IMG/VR virus record: IMGVR_UViG_3300047476_002078
Location: 1 to 64,000 of that record
Reading direction: 5' to 3' (one strand)
DNA: 64,000 bases
Positions 38,022-47,376 of this stretch are shown here, in pieces (positions within the stretch are counted from its first letter, which is position 1; each line of letters opens with the position of its first letter). The position numbers and the translations under genes were made by a program. Under the pieces are notes generated by a model. The model searched no databases and was not told the origin of the DNA. It saw only the letters and a list, made by a program, of their open reading frames with translations.

Positions 38022-39196
38022 TATTTACTGATTATATGAAAAAAACAAACATTTTGTTAAGTTATCTAGTTACGGGTCTTCCAGATGAAGGGAAAACATC
38101 TTTTTCCATAGCTTTAGCCAAAATTTCGGGTGATTACTTTGTTAGTGGGTGTCAGCCTATTTTTAACCCTAAAAGCATAGTAATAATGTTGGATAGATCA
38201 TTTTACTTATTTATAGGAGAAAACCCAGCAACTACAAAATATTCAATAACTACAGCTATTCACAAAGATGCCAAGCTGGACAAAGACGAGTTTCTAAAAG
38301 TAGTAATTAAAGAAATTGATGAAATGTTAGAATACAACCCGAATCAGATCATAATAGAAGGCTACGTTTTAAATTTTATTAAAGAAGAAGTAGAAAATTA
38401 TTTAAAAGATAAAACATTATCTGCTCACATTAGAATGAGAAATTATGTAATACATTATTTGGATGAGGTTTATTCAACTAAGAGGTGCGAAAGTCCGAAT
38501 AGTTATACAGATGAAATAGTTGTAGCTTATAGAGATGCTATTCAATTGTTAAAACAAAAATTAGTTGAAGTTCACGGCAAAAACATTTTATCTCAAGTAA
38601 ATTATCAAGCTTTTCCTGACTTAGGAATAAATGTTAAAAATTCAGACAGCATTAAAAAATTTAAGAGCTTAAATCTAAAAAATTTACAAGACAAAAAAGT
38701 TTTGGACGTTGGGTGTAACCATGGGAGATTTTGCATTGAATCAATTAGGCTAGGTGCTTCCGTAGTTCATGGCATAGATAGTAACAAAAATTTTCTACAT
38801 ACTGCTTCAGCTTTAAATAATATTTTTTATCGCTATAACATTTCTTTTTTTGAATGTGATTTTTTAAATTTTAATCAGTCTAATTATGACATTATTATTG
38901 CTTGTTCCGTGTTTCATTATTTTAAAGAAAATCAACCTGAATTTTTTAAGAAAGCTTATGATTTGTTGGTTAAAGATGGTGTCTTAATTCTTGAAGCAGG
39001 AATATCTGATTTGCATCCAGATAAAGAATTTATTGAAAAGTATCAAAGAGGTGTGGACCCTACACCTTGTCACTTTCCAAATCATTTAGCTTTACTTGCC
39101 ATGGCTCAAGGCTTTAAGTGTGAATATCTAGGTAGTTCCGTTAATCAGCATGGGGATAGAATAAACAGGAAAGTTTATCATTTAAGGAAATTATAA
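38003..39196 (+). CDS. Class I SAM methyltransferase with N-terminal P-loop-like domain
   Basis: VTGLPDEGKTS; KVLDVGCNHG..GID and SVFHY motifs; start may be the ATG at 38036. Confidence 0.78.
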   Translation: MYGNPLIFTDYMKKTNILLSYLVTGLPDEGKTSFSIALAKISGDYFVSGCQPIFNPKSIVIMLDRSFYLFIGENPATTKYSITTAIHKDAKLDKDEFLKVVIKEIDEMLEYNPNQIIIEGYVLNFIKEEVENYLKDKTLSAHIRMRNYVIHYLDEVYSTKRCESPNSYTDEIVVAYRDAIQLLKQKLVEVHGKNILSQVNYQAFPDLGINVKNSDSIKKFKSLNLKNLQDKKVLDVGCNHGRFCIESIRLGASVVHGIDSNKNFLHTASALNNIFYRYNISFFECDFLNFNQSNYDIIIACSVFHYFKENQPEFFKKAYDLLVKDGVLILEAGISDLHPDKEFIEKYQRGVDPTPCHFPNHLALLAMAQGFKCEYLGSSVNQHGDRINRKVYHLRKL

Positions 39197-41187
39197 TGTC
39201 TATTAAAATAGCAAAAATTTTAGCAAAAATAGCTTTAACTTATGAAGAGTATAAAAATCTTCATCCTAAAACTAAAAAAACTCCAGATGATCCACTGTTT
39301 TCAAAAGAAAAAGAAAAAAAGAAAATAAAAAAAGATGTTCCTAATAATACAAAAAATAAAAAGGAAGAATCTAAACAAATTAAAAAGACTACCAAAGAAA
39401 TGTCTGACGACGAAATCGTAGAAAAATATAAGCCTACTTTTTCTGGGGGCGAGTTTCAGAGAAAAATGAATTTTGATGAACTTGGAAAGTATGCGGAAAA
39501 AATGTCTTCAGATGATTTAGCTTACCATCTTGTAAATAGCCCGATACCAGAGGATGAAGGGCATCCGTTTTTTCAATCGGCTAATTATAAGATTGGGAGA
39601 TTTAACGGATTTATGTTACAGCTTTTCAATCCCAACGTGAGCAAAGATGAAAGAACTTCGCTCGCCAGTTACATATTAGATAAAGCTGGAGTTTCTTTTG
39701 TTGGGGGAAGAACTTTAAATCAATTTATAACAGCCTTAGCGAAAAAAGGGTTAATTGATAAAAGTCTTTCTGAAGAATCAGAGTATGATAAATTAAGAAC
39801 TGATCTTTATTATGGAAATATATCTGACTCAGAAGAAATAAGAAAATACGCTAAAGAAAGAGATGGGAAAAGTATGAAGTGGGCGTATCAATTAAAAACT
39901 AATCCGTTCACTCCTTCGGATGTTCTAGTCAAAATTTATCAAGAACATGGTTCAGACTCTTCCTATAAAGAAGTTTTAAGACATAAAAATTTTCCAATAG
40001 AAACACTATTAAAAATAAGACCCCCTACATCTTCTGATAATTATTCTTTTTATTTAGATAGAGAAGATGTACCAAGTCAAATTCAACAACAAATAATTGA
40101 AACTTACATCATGAAGGGTAATGGTTTTTCAATACCTAAAAACTTTAATTTTTCAGAAAAACAACTTTCTGAATTATGGAGAAAAAACCTAGCTTCTCAC
40201 AAAAAATCAAACAAAGAAAAAGCTCAAAAAAGCCAAGACGGATTTATTTACCCTACTGATACAGAGTACGGTCTTTCAAAATGGGCAGAGCATCCAAACT
40301 GTCCCAAAGAGATACTTACAGAAATATTAAATTGGGAAAATAAGCAAGATAGAGAAGGTGGAGTACATTTCTCAATATCAAAAGCAAAAGTTTCTGCTTA
40401 TCAAAACTTAGTTAAAAGAAATATTTTAAAAAAAGAAGATATTGTTAATAAAGTAAAAGAGACTTTAAATTTACACGGTGATGAAGAAATTCTTCAAAAA
40501 TTTGGAGAAAGAGCTTACTGTTCTGAAAATCAAAAAAATGTTGTAAAAAGAACTATTACTAAAGTTTCTCCTGAAGAAAAATTAAAAATACAAGAAGAGA
40601 TGAATAAGACCGCAGTTCACGACGATTTTGATTATGATGTTTTAGAAGTATATGAGATAGATAAAGAGCCTCACAAAGACTTTGAAAATACCGAAAAAAG
40701 AATCAATAATGTTTTTAAAAATGTGTATCATGGTACATCATTTTCAAATGCAGGAGGTATTTTGGCTGACGGTATCAATACTGATTCAAAAGCTAGAACA
40801 GGTCAAATGTTTGGGCAGGGTTTTTATTTAGCTTCAGCCTCTTCAAAAGCAGTTCAATATGCGTCTGATAACTTCTCCAAGAATGAAGGGGAGGGCGTAG
40901 TTTTTCTTTTGGACGCAAGTATGGGAAAAACGACTGAGATGAAATACGGAAGACCTGCTAACGATGATATATCTCGTGTTGAATGGAAAGATGAAATCAA
41001 AAAAAAGAAAGAAGAGTACGAGAAAAATACAGGCAAGACCACTAACACTTATTGGCATTTAGAGCACGATTCAGTTATAGCTAAAGCAGGCATGTCTTTA
41101 GATCACGATGAATATGTGGTTAAGGATTCTTCTCAACTGAGAATAAAAAGAATAGTTCACGTTAAAAAGAAACCAAAAGCAGGCTAA
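39196..41187 (+). CDS. PARP-family (ARTD, H-Y-E) ADP-ribosyltransferase with long N-terminal region
   Basis: VYHGT..NAGGILADG..TGQMFGQGFYLA..SKAVQYA..VFLLDA.MG..HDEYVV; helical NP.TP..L repeats upstream. Confidence 0.9.
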   Translation: MSIKIAKILAKIALTYEEYKNLHPKTKKTPDDPLFSKEKEKKKIKKDVPNNTKNKKEESKQIKKTTKEMSDDEIVEKYKPTFSGGEFQRKMNFDELGKYAEKMSSDDLAYHLVNSPIPEDEGHPFFQSANYKIGRFNGFMLQLFNPNVSKDERTSLASYILDKAGVSFVGGRTLNQFITALAKKGLIDKSLSEESEYDKLRTDLYYGNISDSEEIRKYAKERDGKSMKWAYQLKTNPFTPSDVLVKIYQEHGSDSSYKEVLRHKNFPIETLLKIRPPTSSDNYSFYLDREDVPSQIQQQIIETYIMKGNGFSIPKNFNFSEKQLSELWRKNLASHKKSNKEKAQKSQDGFIYPTDTEYGLSKWAEHPNCPKEILTEILNWENKQDREGGVHFSISKAKVSAYQNLVKRNILKKEDIVNKVKETLNLHGDEEILQKFGERAYCSENQKNVVKRTITKVSPEEKLKIQEEMNKTAVHDDFDYDVLEVYEIDKEPHKDFENTEKRINNVFKNVYHGTSFSNAGGILADGINTDSKARTGQMFGQGFYLASASSKAVQYASDNFSKNEGEGVVFLLDASMGKTTEMKYGRPANDDISRVEWKDEIKKKKEEYEKNTGKTTNTYWHLEHDSVIAKAGMSLDHDEYVVKDSSQLRIKRIVHVKKKPKAG

Positions 41188-41197
41188 AGCCTGCTTT
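41176..41197. terminator. Bidirectional hairpin between convergent genes
   Basis: aaagcaggc-taaa-gcctgcttt. Confidence 0.75.
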
Positions 41198-41462
41198 ATT
41201 GAAGAGGTGGATTAAATTCTTTTTCTTTTTCGTTAATGGCTTTGTTAGCTAAAGCTTCATTGTAGAATTCTTTAGTTTGAGCCGTACTTACAAACTTTTT
41301 TTCAGGCTTATAAACAAAAGCAAATCTGTGGTTGAGTTTGACCCTTATTGTTTGACCTTCGAGAGAGTTCTTTTCATGGATTTCCATAGCCATGAGTATT
41401 TCTCTCATTTTATCAGGAGTTACTTCAAATTCATAAAGCGTTTCAATATTATTAAATCCCAT
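41196..41462 (-). CDS. Hypothetical protein
   Basis: 88 aa, RBS GGAGG. Confidence 0.65.
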   Translation of the reverse strand: MGFNNIETLYEFEVTPDKMREILMAMEIHEKNSLEGQTIRVKLNHRFAFVYKPEKKFVSTAQTKEFYNEALANKAINEKEKEFNPPLQ

Positions 41463-41569
41463 CTTTTCCTCCCTAAATTGAACCGTATTTTAATAATCAT
41501 CAAACTTATTTAATGCTTAATCAAGTTAAAAATGATAGATTTTACCGTAAATATATTTTGCGTGTGGTT

Positions 41570-42466
41570 ATGAATTGGATTCGAGGACAAAAATTTCAAA
41601 ATAAGATAATTCATTTGGCGATAAATTCATATCGTTTAGGGGATAATATTGCTAGTTTCCCAACCCTTAGATATTTAGTAAGTAATGGAAAAAATTATGG
41701 AATAAATTATAAAGTTCATGTAATAAATCAACATTTAAACGACTTATATCGTTTAGCCTTGCCTGAATTAGTATTTGATAATTTTACAGGCAGCAATTTT
41801 CCACATTTAACTCATTTTGCCTTTAGTAATGTACCTACATTTGCCTCGAATTTAGTCGATTACATATCCTTTAATTTGGCTCAAACTAGCCTTTCAAAAG
41901 AAAATAAAAAGTATCCTTTGCTAAACCCTCCAGCGTTTAATTTTGATTTTGATGTGTCGAAATCAATAATTATTTCAGTAGGTCACACTTGGGAAAACAA
42001 AAAATTTACAACTAAATTTATTGAAGATATTTCCGATTGGGTGAATTCAAAAGGGTATTTGCCAGTTCTAGTAGGTACTACTAATAAAAATTTTGACATA
42101 ATGCAATACGCATCATCCTGTGAAAAATCTATCAATTTAGTAGATAAGACAAACTTGATAGAATTGTTATATTTAATTTCTAACTCTAAAGCTGTGATAA
42201 CTCAGGATAACGGAATACTTCACCTTTCAGCACTAACAAAAACCCCAATAGTAGTCGGATTTACAGCAACGATGCCTGAACATGCCCTCCCAATTAGAGA
42301 GGACATATTTCCAATTGAAACAGGTGTAGATTGTAAATTTTGTGCGGTAAAAGGCATCCATACTTTTAAAAGTTTTAACATTTGCCCTTATGGAGATTAT
42401 CTATGTATAGAGGATTTAAAAGCAGAAAAATTTATTAAAGTTTTAAGTGAAAAAGTTTTTAAATGA
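41570..42466 (+). CDS. GT9 (heptosyltransferase-like) glycosyltransferase
   Basis: RLGDNIA..P.LR, W..KKF and ITQDNGILHLSA motifs; the in-frame ATG at 41570 is preferred over 41513. Confidence 0.8.
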   Translation: MNWIRGQKFQNKIIHLAINSYRLGDNIASFPTLRYLVSNGKNYGINYKVHVINQHLNDLYRLALPELVFDNFTGSNFPHLTHFAFSNVPTFASNLVDYISFNLAQTSLSKENKKYPLLNPPAFNFDFDVSKSIIISVGHTWENKKFTTKFIEDISDWVNSKGYLPVLVGTTNKNFDIMQYASSCEKSINLVDKTNLIELLYLISNSKAVITQDNGILHLSALTKTPIVVGFTATMPEHALPIREDIFPIETGVDCKFCAVKGIHTFKSFNICPYGDYLCIEDLKAEKFIKVLSEKVFK

Positions 42467-42490
42467 GAGGCATGACTGCCTCTCATTTTT
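42462..42490. terminator. Bidirectional terminator
   Basis: aatgagaggca-tgac-tgcctctcatt followed by a T-run. Confidence 0.8.
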
Positions 42491-42499
42491 TGGTGATTA

Positions 42500-42811
42500 T
42501 TACATTATCTTTTTTAATTCTTCTTCATAAGTGTTTTTAGGATGAACCCCAACCAATTGCTTTTCAACTTTTCCATCTTTTAAAATAACCACGGTTGGGA
42601 TACCTCTAACTCCAAACTGAGCAGCGATATTGCTATTTTCATCAACATTCACTTTAGTAATTGAAGCTTTACCTTGAAATTCTGAAGCAAGTTCATCAAT
42701 CACAGGGGATAGTGCTTTACAAGGACCGCACCATTCAGCAAAAAAATCCACAAGAACTACTCCACTTTCTGTAGCTTGGTTAAAATTTAATTCATTGAGG
42801 TATAAAGTCAT
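42500..42811 (-). CDS. trxA: Thioredoxin
   Basis: LVDFFAEWCGPC and FGVRGIPT motifs. Confidence 0.95.
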   Translation of the reverse strand: MTLYLNELNFNQATESGVVLVDFFAEWCGPCKALSPVIDELASEFQGKASITKVNVDENSNIAAQFGVRGIPTVVILKDGKVEKQLVGVHPKNTYEEELKKIM

Positions 42812-42878
42812 TCTGAAACTCCTTTTTCATTTTTTATCAATTTAACACTATATTATTATAATCAAAAAGGTTTTAAAT

Positions 42879-43091
42879 ATGTCAGATTTTATTACAGACA
42901 TTCAAAGTATTCAGTATTTGGTTAGTTCTTCAAAAACAGTAGAAGAGGCTAAAAGTTTGTACCATGTTATGCAAGGCATAAATTTGGATAGAACTGTGGC
43001 AGAAAAAGTTTTTGAAGAAATGTTAAGGGCTAAATTTTCTAATAAGAACATTAAAGCTGAAATTTCTAAAATGGAAGCTAAGTTAAGATGA
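42879..43091 (+). CDS. Hypothetical protein
   Basis: 70 aa, RBS AAGG. Confidence 0.55.
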   Translation: MSDFITDIQSIQYLVSSSKTVEEAKSLYHVMQGINLDRTVAEKVFEEMLRAKFSNKNIKAEISKMEAKLR

Positions 43092-43408
43092 AAAGATCAA
43101 AGGTCTGGATTTCATATTGCCCTGATTTAAAAAATATTAACTCAGAGCCTCTGACTGTAAAATTTGAATTTGATTATGATTATGATTGTTATTTCGTAAG
43201 CATATATAAAGAAAGGCTTCTTTTAAAAGAAACTCCAGTTAATAAACAAAGTGATTATTTAGAATTTGAAGAATTAAAAAAAAGCATTAAGGTTGCAGAT
43301 AACCTCATCCAAGAATTACATTACAAAGAAACACTACTTAAAAAATTATTTCGCAAACTGAAAAATAAGTTAAATGATTGGATATACAATCAATGTGGCA
43401 TGAATTAA
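43088..43408 (+). CDS. Hypothetical protein
   Basis: 106 aa, ATGA overlap. Confidence 0.55.
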   Translation: MKRSKVWISYCPDLKNINSEPLTVKFEFDYDYDCYFVSIYKERLLLKETPVNKQSDYLEFEELKKSIKVADNLIQELHYKETLLKKLFRKLKNKLNDWIYNQCGMN

Positions 43409-43418
43409 TTACGGTAAT

Positions 43419-43447
43419 TTGACTTTAAAAACAGCATAAGATATTTT
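43419..43447 (+). promoter_or_regulatory. Sigma70-like promoter
   Basis: TTGACT-17-TATTTT, ending 6 nt before the exonuclease ATG (near-leaderless if real). Confidence 0.5.
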
Positions 43448-43453
43448 AACCAA

Positions 43454-44098
43454 ATGAAAATATCTACAGAATTAATTGTTTTTGATCTCGAATCAACATC
43501 AAATCAAGAAACAAAATACGAAAAGCCTAAAGTTCAAACGAATAATTTCATTATTGAAATAGGTGCTGTTTTACTAAACAAAAATTTAGAAATTGTAGAT
43601 GAGTTTCAGCATTTTGTTAAACCTGAAGAAAATATAACTCCTTTCATAGAAGAATTAACTGGAATTTCAAACGATATAGTTCATAAAGAGCCTACGTGGG
43701 AACAAGTAGCTTCTAAATTTGAACAGTGGGCTTTAAGTCACACTAAAAATTTTAAAAGTGTTAGGTTGTGTGCTTGGGGAAACTATTTTGATATACCTCT
43801 TTTAAGAAAATGCTATTCTCATTACGGTATGTATTACCCTTGGTCAGGAACAGCACTAGATTGTAAAACAATTGCATTTTTATGGTGTGCTTTAAGTGGT
43901 AGAAGAACAGATAAGTTAAGTGTAGAACATTTAGCATCTTTAATGAATATTAGCCCTGAAGGGGATTACCATCGAGCTATAGTGGATGCTCAAGTACAGG
44001 CTAAAATTATCCAAAAGGCTTTAAAAGACCTGTCTTCTGGTTATTTTTTACCTAACACAGAAAACAAGCCCTATGATTTACTTAAAATTTGCAAGTGA
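43454..44098 (+). CDS. DEDDh 3'-5' exonuclease
   Basis: VFDLEST, IIEIGAV, AWGNYFD, ALDCK and HRAIVDA motifs. Confidence 0.9.
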   Translation: MKISTELIVFDLESTSNQETKYEKPKVQTNNFIIEIGAVLLNKNLEIVDEFQHFVKPEENITPFIEELTGISNDIVHKEPTWEQVASKFEQWALSHTKNFKSVRLCAWGNYFDIPLLRKCYSHYGMYYPWSGTALDCKTIAFLWCALSGRRTDKLSVEHLASLMNISPEGDYHRAIVDAQVQAKIIQKALKDLSSGYFLPNTENKPYDLLKICK

Positions 44099-44099
44099 T

Positions 44100-44705
44100 T
44101 TATATTTCACCGTGTAATTCGGTAACTTCCGTTGTGTATGTTTTAAGCCATTTTTTATAAGATTTTTTAATAATTTTAAGTTCCAATTTTGGAGCAATAA
44201 TTTCATCCCAACATTCTTCGTAAACATCATTTAAAAGATAGCACAATGAAAAAGGTCTTTTTGATGTGCTATAAAAATCGTGAGAAAATCCTAATTTGTG
44301 ACCATATTCATGGATAAAATTAGAGCCTGTCATTTTTCTGTGATGGCTTTCTTTTGATAAATTATTTGAATCAAAATATTTTGTGTTCACGTAAATTGTC
44401 ATGGTATTTGGATAGGTATAGCCGATGACATTTTTCCATGAAAAATAAGATTGAATTGTTATATCAATTACGTTGTCGATTGAAGGATTTAGAGTTTCTT
44501 TTCCAGATAGTATGTGGTTGTATATTTGTTCTCTTGATGCGTCTTTCCAAACAGAAAGTTCTCCGATTGGATTTTTAAGATTAATAATTTTTTCTTTAAA
44601 AAGAGAAGAGTTTATTATCATTTCCATCTCTTTCTGTACGGCATTAACTTTTTCCTGTCTTTCCTGTGTGAAATCTATTGTGGTTATATTAATTTTTGTA
44701 TTCAT
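44100..44705 (-). CDS. Zinc metallopeptidase-like protein (metzincin-type motif)
   Basis: HEYGHKLGFSH = HExxHxxGxxH. Confidence 0.7.
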   Translation of the reverse strand: MNTKINITTIDFTQERQEKVNAVQKEMEMIINSSLFKEKIINLKNPIGELSVWKDASREQIYNHILSGKETLNPSIDNVIDITIQSYFSWKNVIGYTYPNTMTIYVNTKYFDSNNLSKESHHRKMTGSNFIHEYGHKLGFSHDFYSTSKRPFSLCYLLNDVYEECWDEIIAPKLELKIIKKSYKKWLKTYTTEVTELHGEI

Positions 44706-44766
44706 TTTAACTCCAAGTTTTACTCAGAATAAAAATAAATATGTTATTTTAACTACATGTGTTAAA

Positions 44767-44796
44767 TTGACAGTTTCACCGTAAAATTGATATTCT
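44767..44796 (+). promoter_or_regulatory. Sigma70-like promoter with CCGTAAA in the spacer
   Basis: TTGACA-18-TATTCT with extended TG. Confidence 0.6.
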
Positions 44797-44802
44797 AAAA
44801 AA

Positions 44803-45153
44803 ATGAACTTTGTTGCTGACTTTTATAATATCATTTCAAAATGCCAGTTTTCTTTAGAATCTGAAGAAGAGTTGAAACTGCAAATTTCAAGCGTCTTAGA
44901 ACGACATAATTTTGATTTTAAAAAAGAGTTTAGATTAGATTCAAAAAATAGGTTAGATTTTTACATTCATGATTATGCAGTAGAGGTAAAAATAAAAGGC
45001 TCTGCTATGAGCATCTACAGACAGTGTGTTCGATATTGTCAATTTAAGGAAGTAAAAGGTTTATTTCTCATTACAAATAAGTCTATGGGGTTTCCCACAG
45101 AGATTAATCAAAAACCTTGTTATTTAATAAATTTAGGTAAAAGTTGGCTTTAA
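44803..45153 (+). CDS. Small PD-(D/E)xK nuclease-like protein
   Basis: E..L, KEFRL..RLDF..AVEVK motifs. Confidence 0.65.
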   Translation: MNFVADFYNIISKCQFSLESEEELKLQISSVLERHNFDFKKEFRLDSKNRLDFYIHDYAVEVKIKGSAMSIYRQCVRYCQFKEVKGLFLITNKSMGFPTEINQKPCYLINLGKSWL

Positions 45154-46814
45154 TGTTTAGATATTACGGTTCTATAAAATTTGATTCTAAAAATAATAGA
45201 TGGACAATAGAACAAATTGAACCGCATGTTTCAATTAAACTAAAATCTATTTTCACAAAAATTGCAAAATGGAAAACCGTTCCAATACATTTTGAAAATA
45301 CTCAAGAAAATTGCAGAGAATTAGAATGGTTTATTTCTCGATACCCTTTAGAAATGAGCGAAGAAGATCACAGTTATTTATTATCGCAAAAATTTAATCA
45401 TCTAAAAAAATTAGAAGATTTAGAAAAAATACTTAAACCTGATTATTCTCCAAGAGTTTTTCCACTGAAAGGTGAACTAAGACCTTATCAAGCTACCGCT
45501 GTTGAAATATTTCTACGCAACAAGCGGTTGTTAATAGGAGATGGAGTAGGATTGGGTAAAACTCTGTGCGGTATAGCTTCTGCTTTAGAGCCTTCTACGC
45601 TTCCAATGGCAGTAGTGGTTCAAACTCATTTACCGACGCAATGGAAAGAGCAGTTTGAAAAGTTTACTGATCTTAAAGTTCATCTAATTAAAGGAACAAA
45701 ACCGTATAATTTACCAACCGCAGATATTTATATTTGGAAATATTCATGTTTGTCTGGATGGGTTGATGTTTTTAAAATGGGATTTTTAAAATCTGTTGTA
45801 TTTGATGAGTGCCAAGAATTACGTATATCTGGTTCACAAAAATATGAAGGAGCGAAAGTTTTAACTTCAAATGTGGACTATGTTCTGGGTCTTTCTGCTA
45901 CCCCTATTTATAATTATGGTGATGAAATTTATAACATAATGAATCTAATCAAAGAAGGCTGTTTAGGAAACATTTATGATTTTATGAGAGAGTGGGCAGG
46001 AGGAGGGAATGGTAAACAAATTAAAAATCCAAAAGCTTTGGGAACTTATTTAAGAGAAAATTTTCTCTTTATTAGAAGAACAAGAGAAGACGTTCAAAGA
46101 GAATTACCTCCAGTAAACAAAATCGTACACACTGTAGATTTCGATAAAGAAGCTGTAGATAATATTGAGGAAATAGCGAAGAAATTGGCTATTTCTGTTA
46201 CGACAGGAACTTTTGTAGAAAGAGGAAAAGCCGCTCGTGAATTAGACATAATGGTTCGTCAGGCTACAGGAGTGAGTAAAGCAAAGTATGTGGCAGAATA
46301 TGTAAAGATTTTGTTAGAAAACGGGGAGTCTGTTCTTTTGGCAGGATGGCATAGAGCCGTTTACGATATATGGTTAAAAGAGTTATTTCAGTACAACCCA
46401 GTTATGTACACTGGTTCGGAAGATGTTAAAGAAAAAGATGCTGCTAAAAAGGCTTTTATTGAAGGTAAATCTCAATTAATGATTATATCACTTCGTTCCG
46501 GAATAGGATTAGATGGTCTTCAAGAGAGGTCTTCTCTGGTAGTTTTTGGGGAATTAGATTATTCTCCAGCCGTTCATGAGCAAGTGATAGGACGCTTAGA
46601 CAGGGATGGTCAAAAAAATCAAGTAACTAGCATTTATTTAATTAGCGATAGCGGCTCAGACCCTTTGATGGTTGACTTATTGGGCTTAAAAGCCTCTCAA
46701 GCCAAAGATATTATTGACCCTATGAATAACCAAGTGACTTTCCAAAATAGTGATGATACTCGTATTAAACTTCTAGCAGAGCTTTACCTTAAAAAAGCAG
46801 GAAATAATGGATAA
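45153..46814 (+). CDS. SNF2-family helicase (second copy)
   Basis: LRPYQ, GDGVGLGKT, VFDECQ, LSATP and QVIGRLDRDGQ motifs; TAATG-coupled to the nuclease. Confidence 0.9.
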   Translation: MFRYYGSIKFDSKNNRWTIEQIEPHVSIKLKSIFTKIAKWKTVPIHFENTQENCRELEWFISRYPLEMSEEDHSYLLSQKFNHLKKLEDLEKILKPDYSPRVFPLKGELRPYQATAVEIFLRNKRLLIGDGVGLGKTLCGIASALEPSTLPMAVVVQTHLPTQWKEQFEKFTDLKVHLIKGTKPYNLPTADIYIWKYSCLSGWVDVFKMGFLKSVVFDECQELRISGSQKYEGAKVLTSNVDYVLGLSATPIYNYGDEIYNIMNLIKEGCLGNIYDFMREWAGGGNGKQIKNPKALGTYLRENFLFIRRTREDVQRELPPVNKIVHTVDFDKEAVDNIEEIAKKLAISVTTGTFVERGKAARELDIMVRQATGVSKAKYVAEYVKILLENGESVLLAGWHRAVYDIWLKELFQYNPVMYTGSEDVKEKDAAKKAFIEGKSQLMIISLRSGIGLDGLQERSSLVVFGELDYSPAVHEQVIGRLDRDGQKNQVTSIYLISDSGSDPLMVDLLGLKASQAKDIIDPMNNQVTFQNSDDTRIKLLAELYLKKAGNNG

Positions 46815-47061
46815 AGAAAAATATGATTTTTTAGTCTCGAAAACTATGGGTGAAATAGAAAAAGCCGTAAAAAATGCTTTGGTTGGTGAAAACTTAACTC
46901 CTTCCGAACAGTTTACTGTTACAACTGGAGTTTCCTTTTTTCTTACGGCTGAACACATTTCCGCTCTCTTGATGAGTCAACCTGAACAAAAAGATTTTTT
47001 AGTTCAGAGTTCAATAAATAAAATTATGGAATTAGTTCAAGGATATTTATCCGAAGTTTAA
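46807..47061 (+). CDS. Hypothetical protein
   Basis: 84 aa. Confidence 0.55.
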   Translation: MDKEKYDFLVSKTMGEIEKAVKNALVGENLTPSEQFTVTTGVSFFLTAEHISALLMSQPEQKDFLVQSSINKIMELVQGYLSEV

Positions 47062-47085
47062 TATTTTAATGGAATGGAGTTTTAA

Positions 47086-47376
47086 ATGAAATTTTTAGTT
47101 GTTATTTTGTCATTTTTTTACGCAAACATTTCTGAGGCTTGTCTTCACAGTGATAAGACTGAGTTTAAACGGAAGCTAGAACAGACAAAGGTTGAGATTA
47201 AAATTTTTTGTCACAACTATTTTAATTCAGATATGATTGAGACTTGCGTTAATGAAAATAATGAATGTTTAAAAGAAAACATTAAAAAAGTTAGAAAAGT
47301 AACTTTTTGCAAAAATGATTCTAATATAATCATTAAAGCTTGGGATATGTGTCAATATAGAAAACCTTGGCTATAA
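47086..47376 (+). CDS. Putative exported Cys-rich protein
   Basis: Signal-peptide-like MKFLVVILSFFYANISEA; RBS GGAG. Confidence 0.6.
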   Translation: MKFLVVILSFFYANISEACLHSDKTEFKRKLEQTKVEIKIFCHNYFNSDMIETCVNENNECLKENIKKVRKVTFCKNDSNIIIKAWDMCQYRKPWL

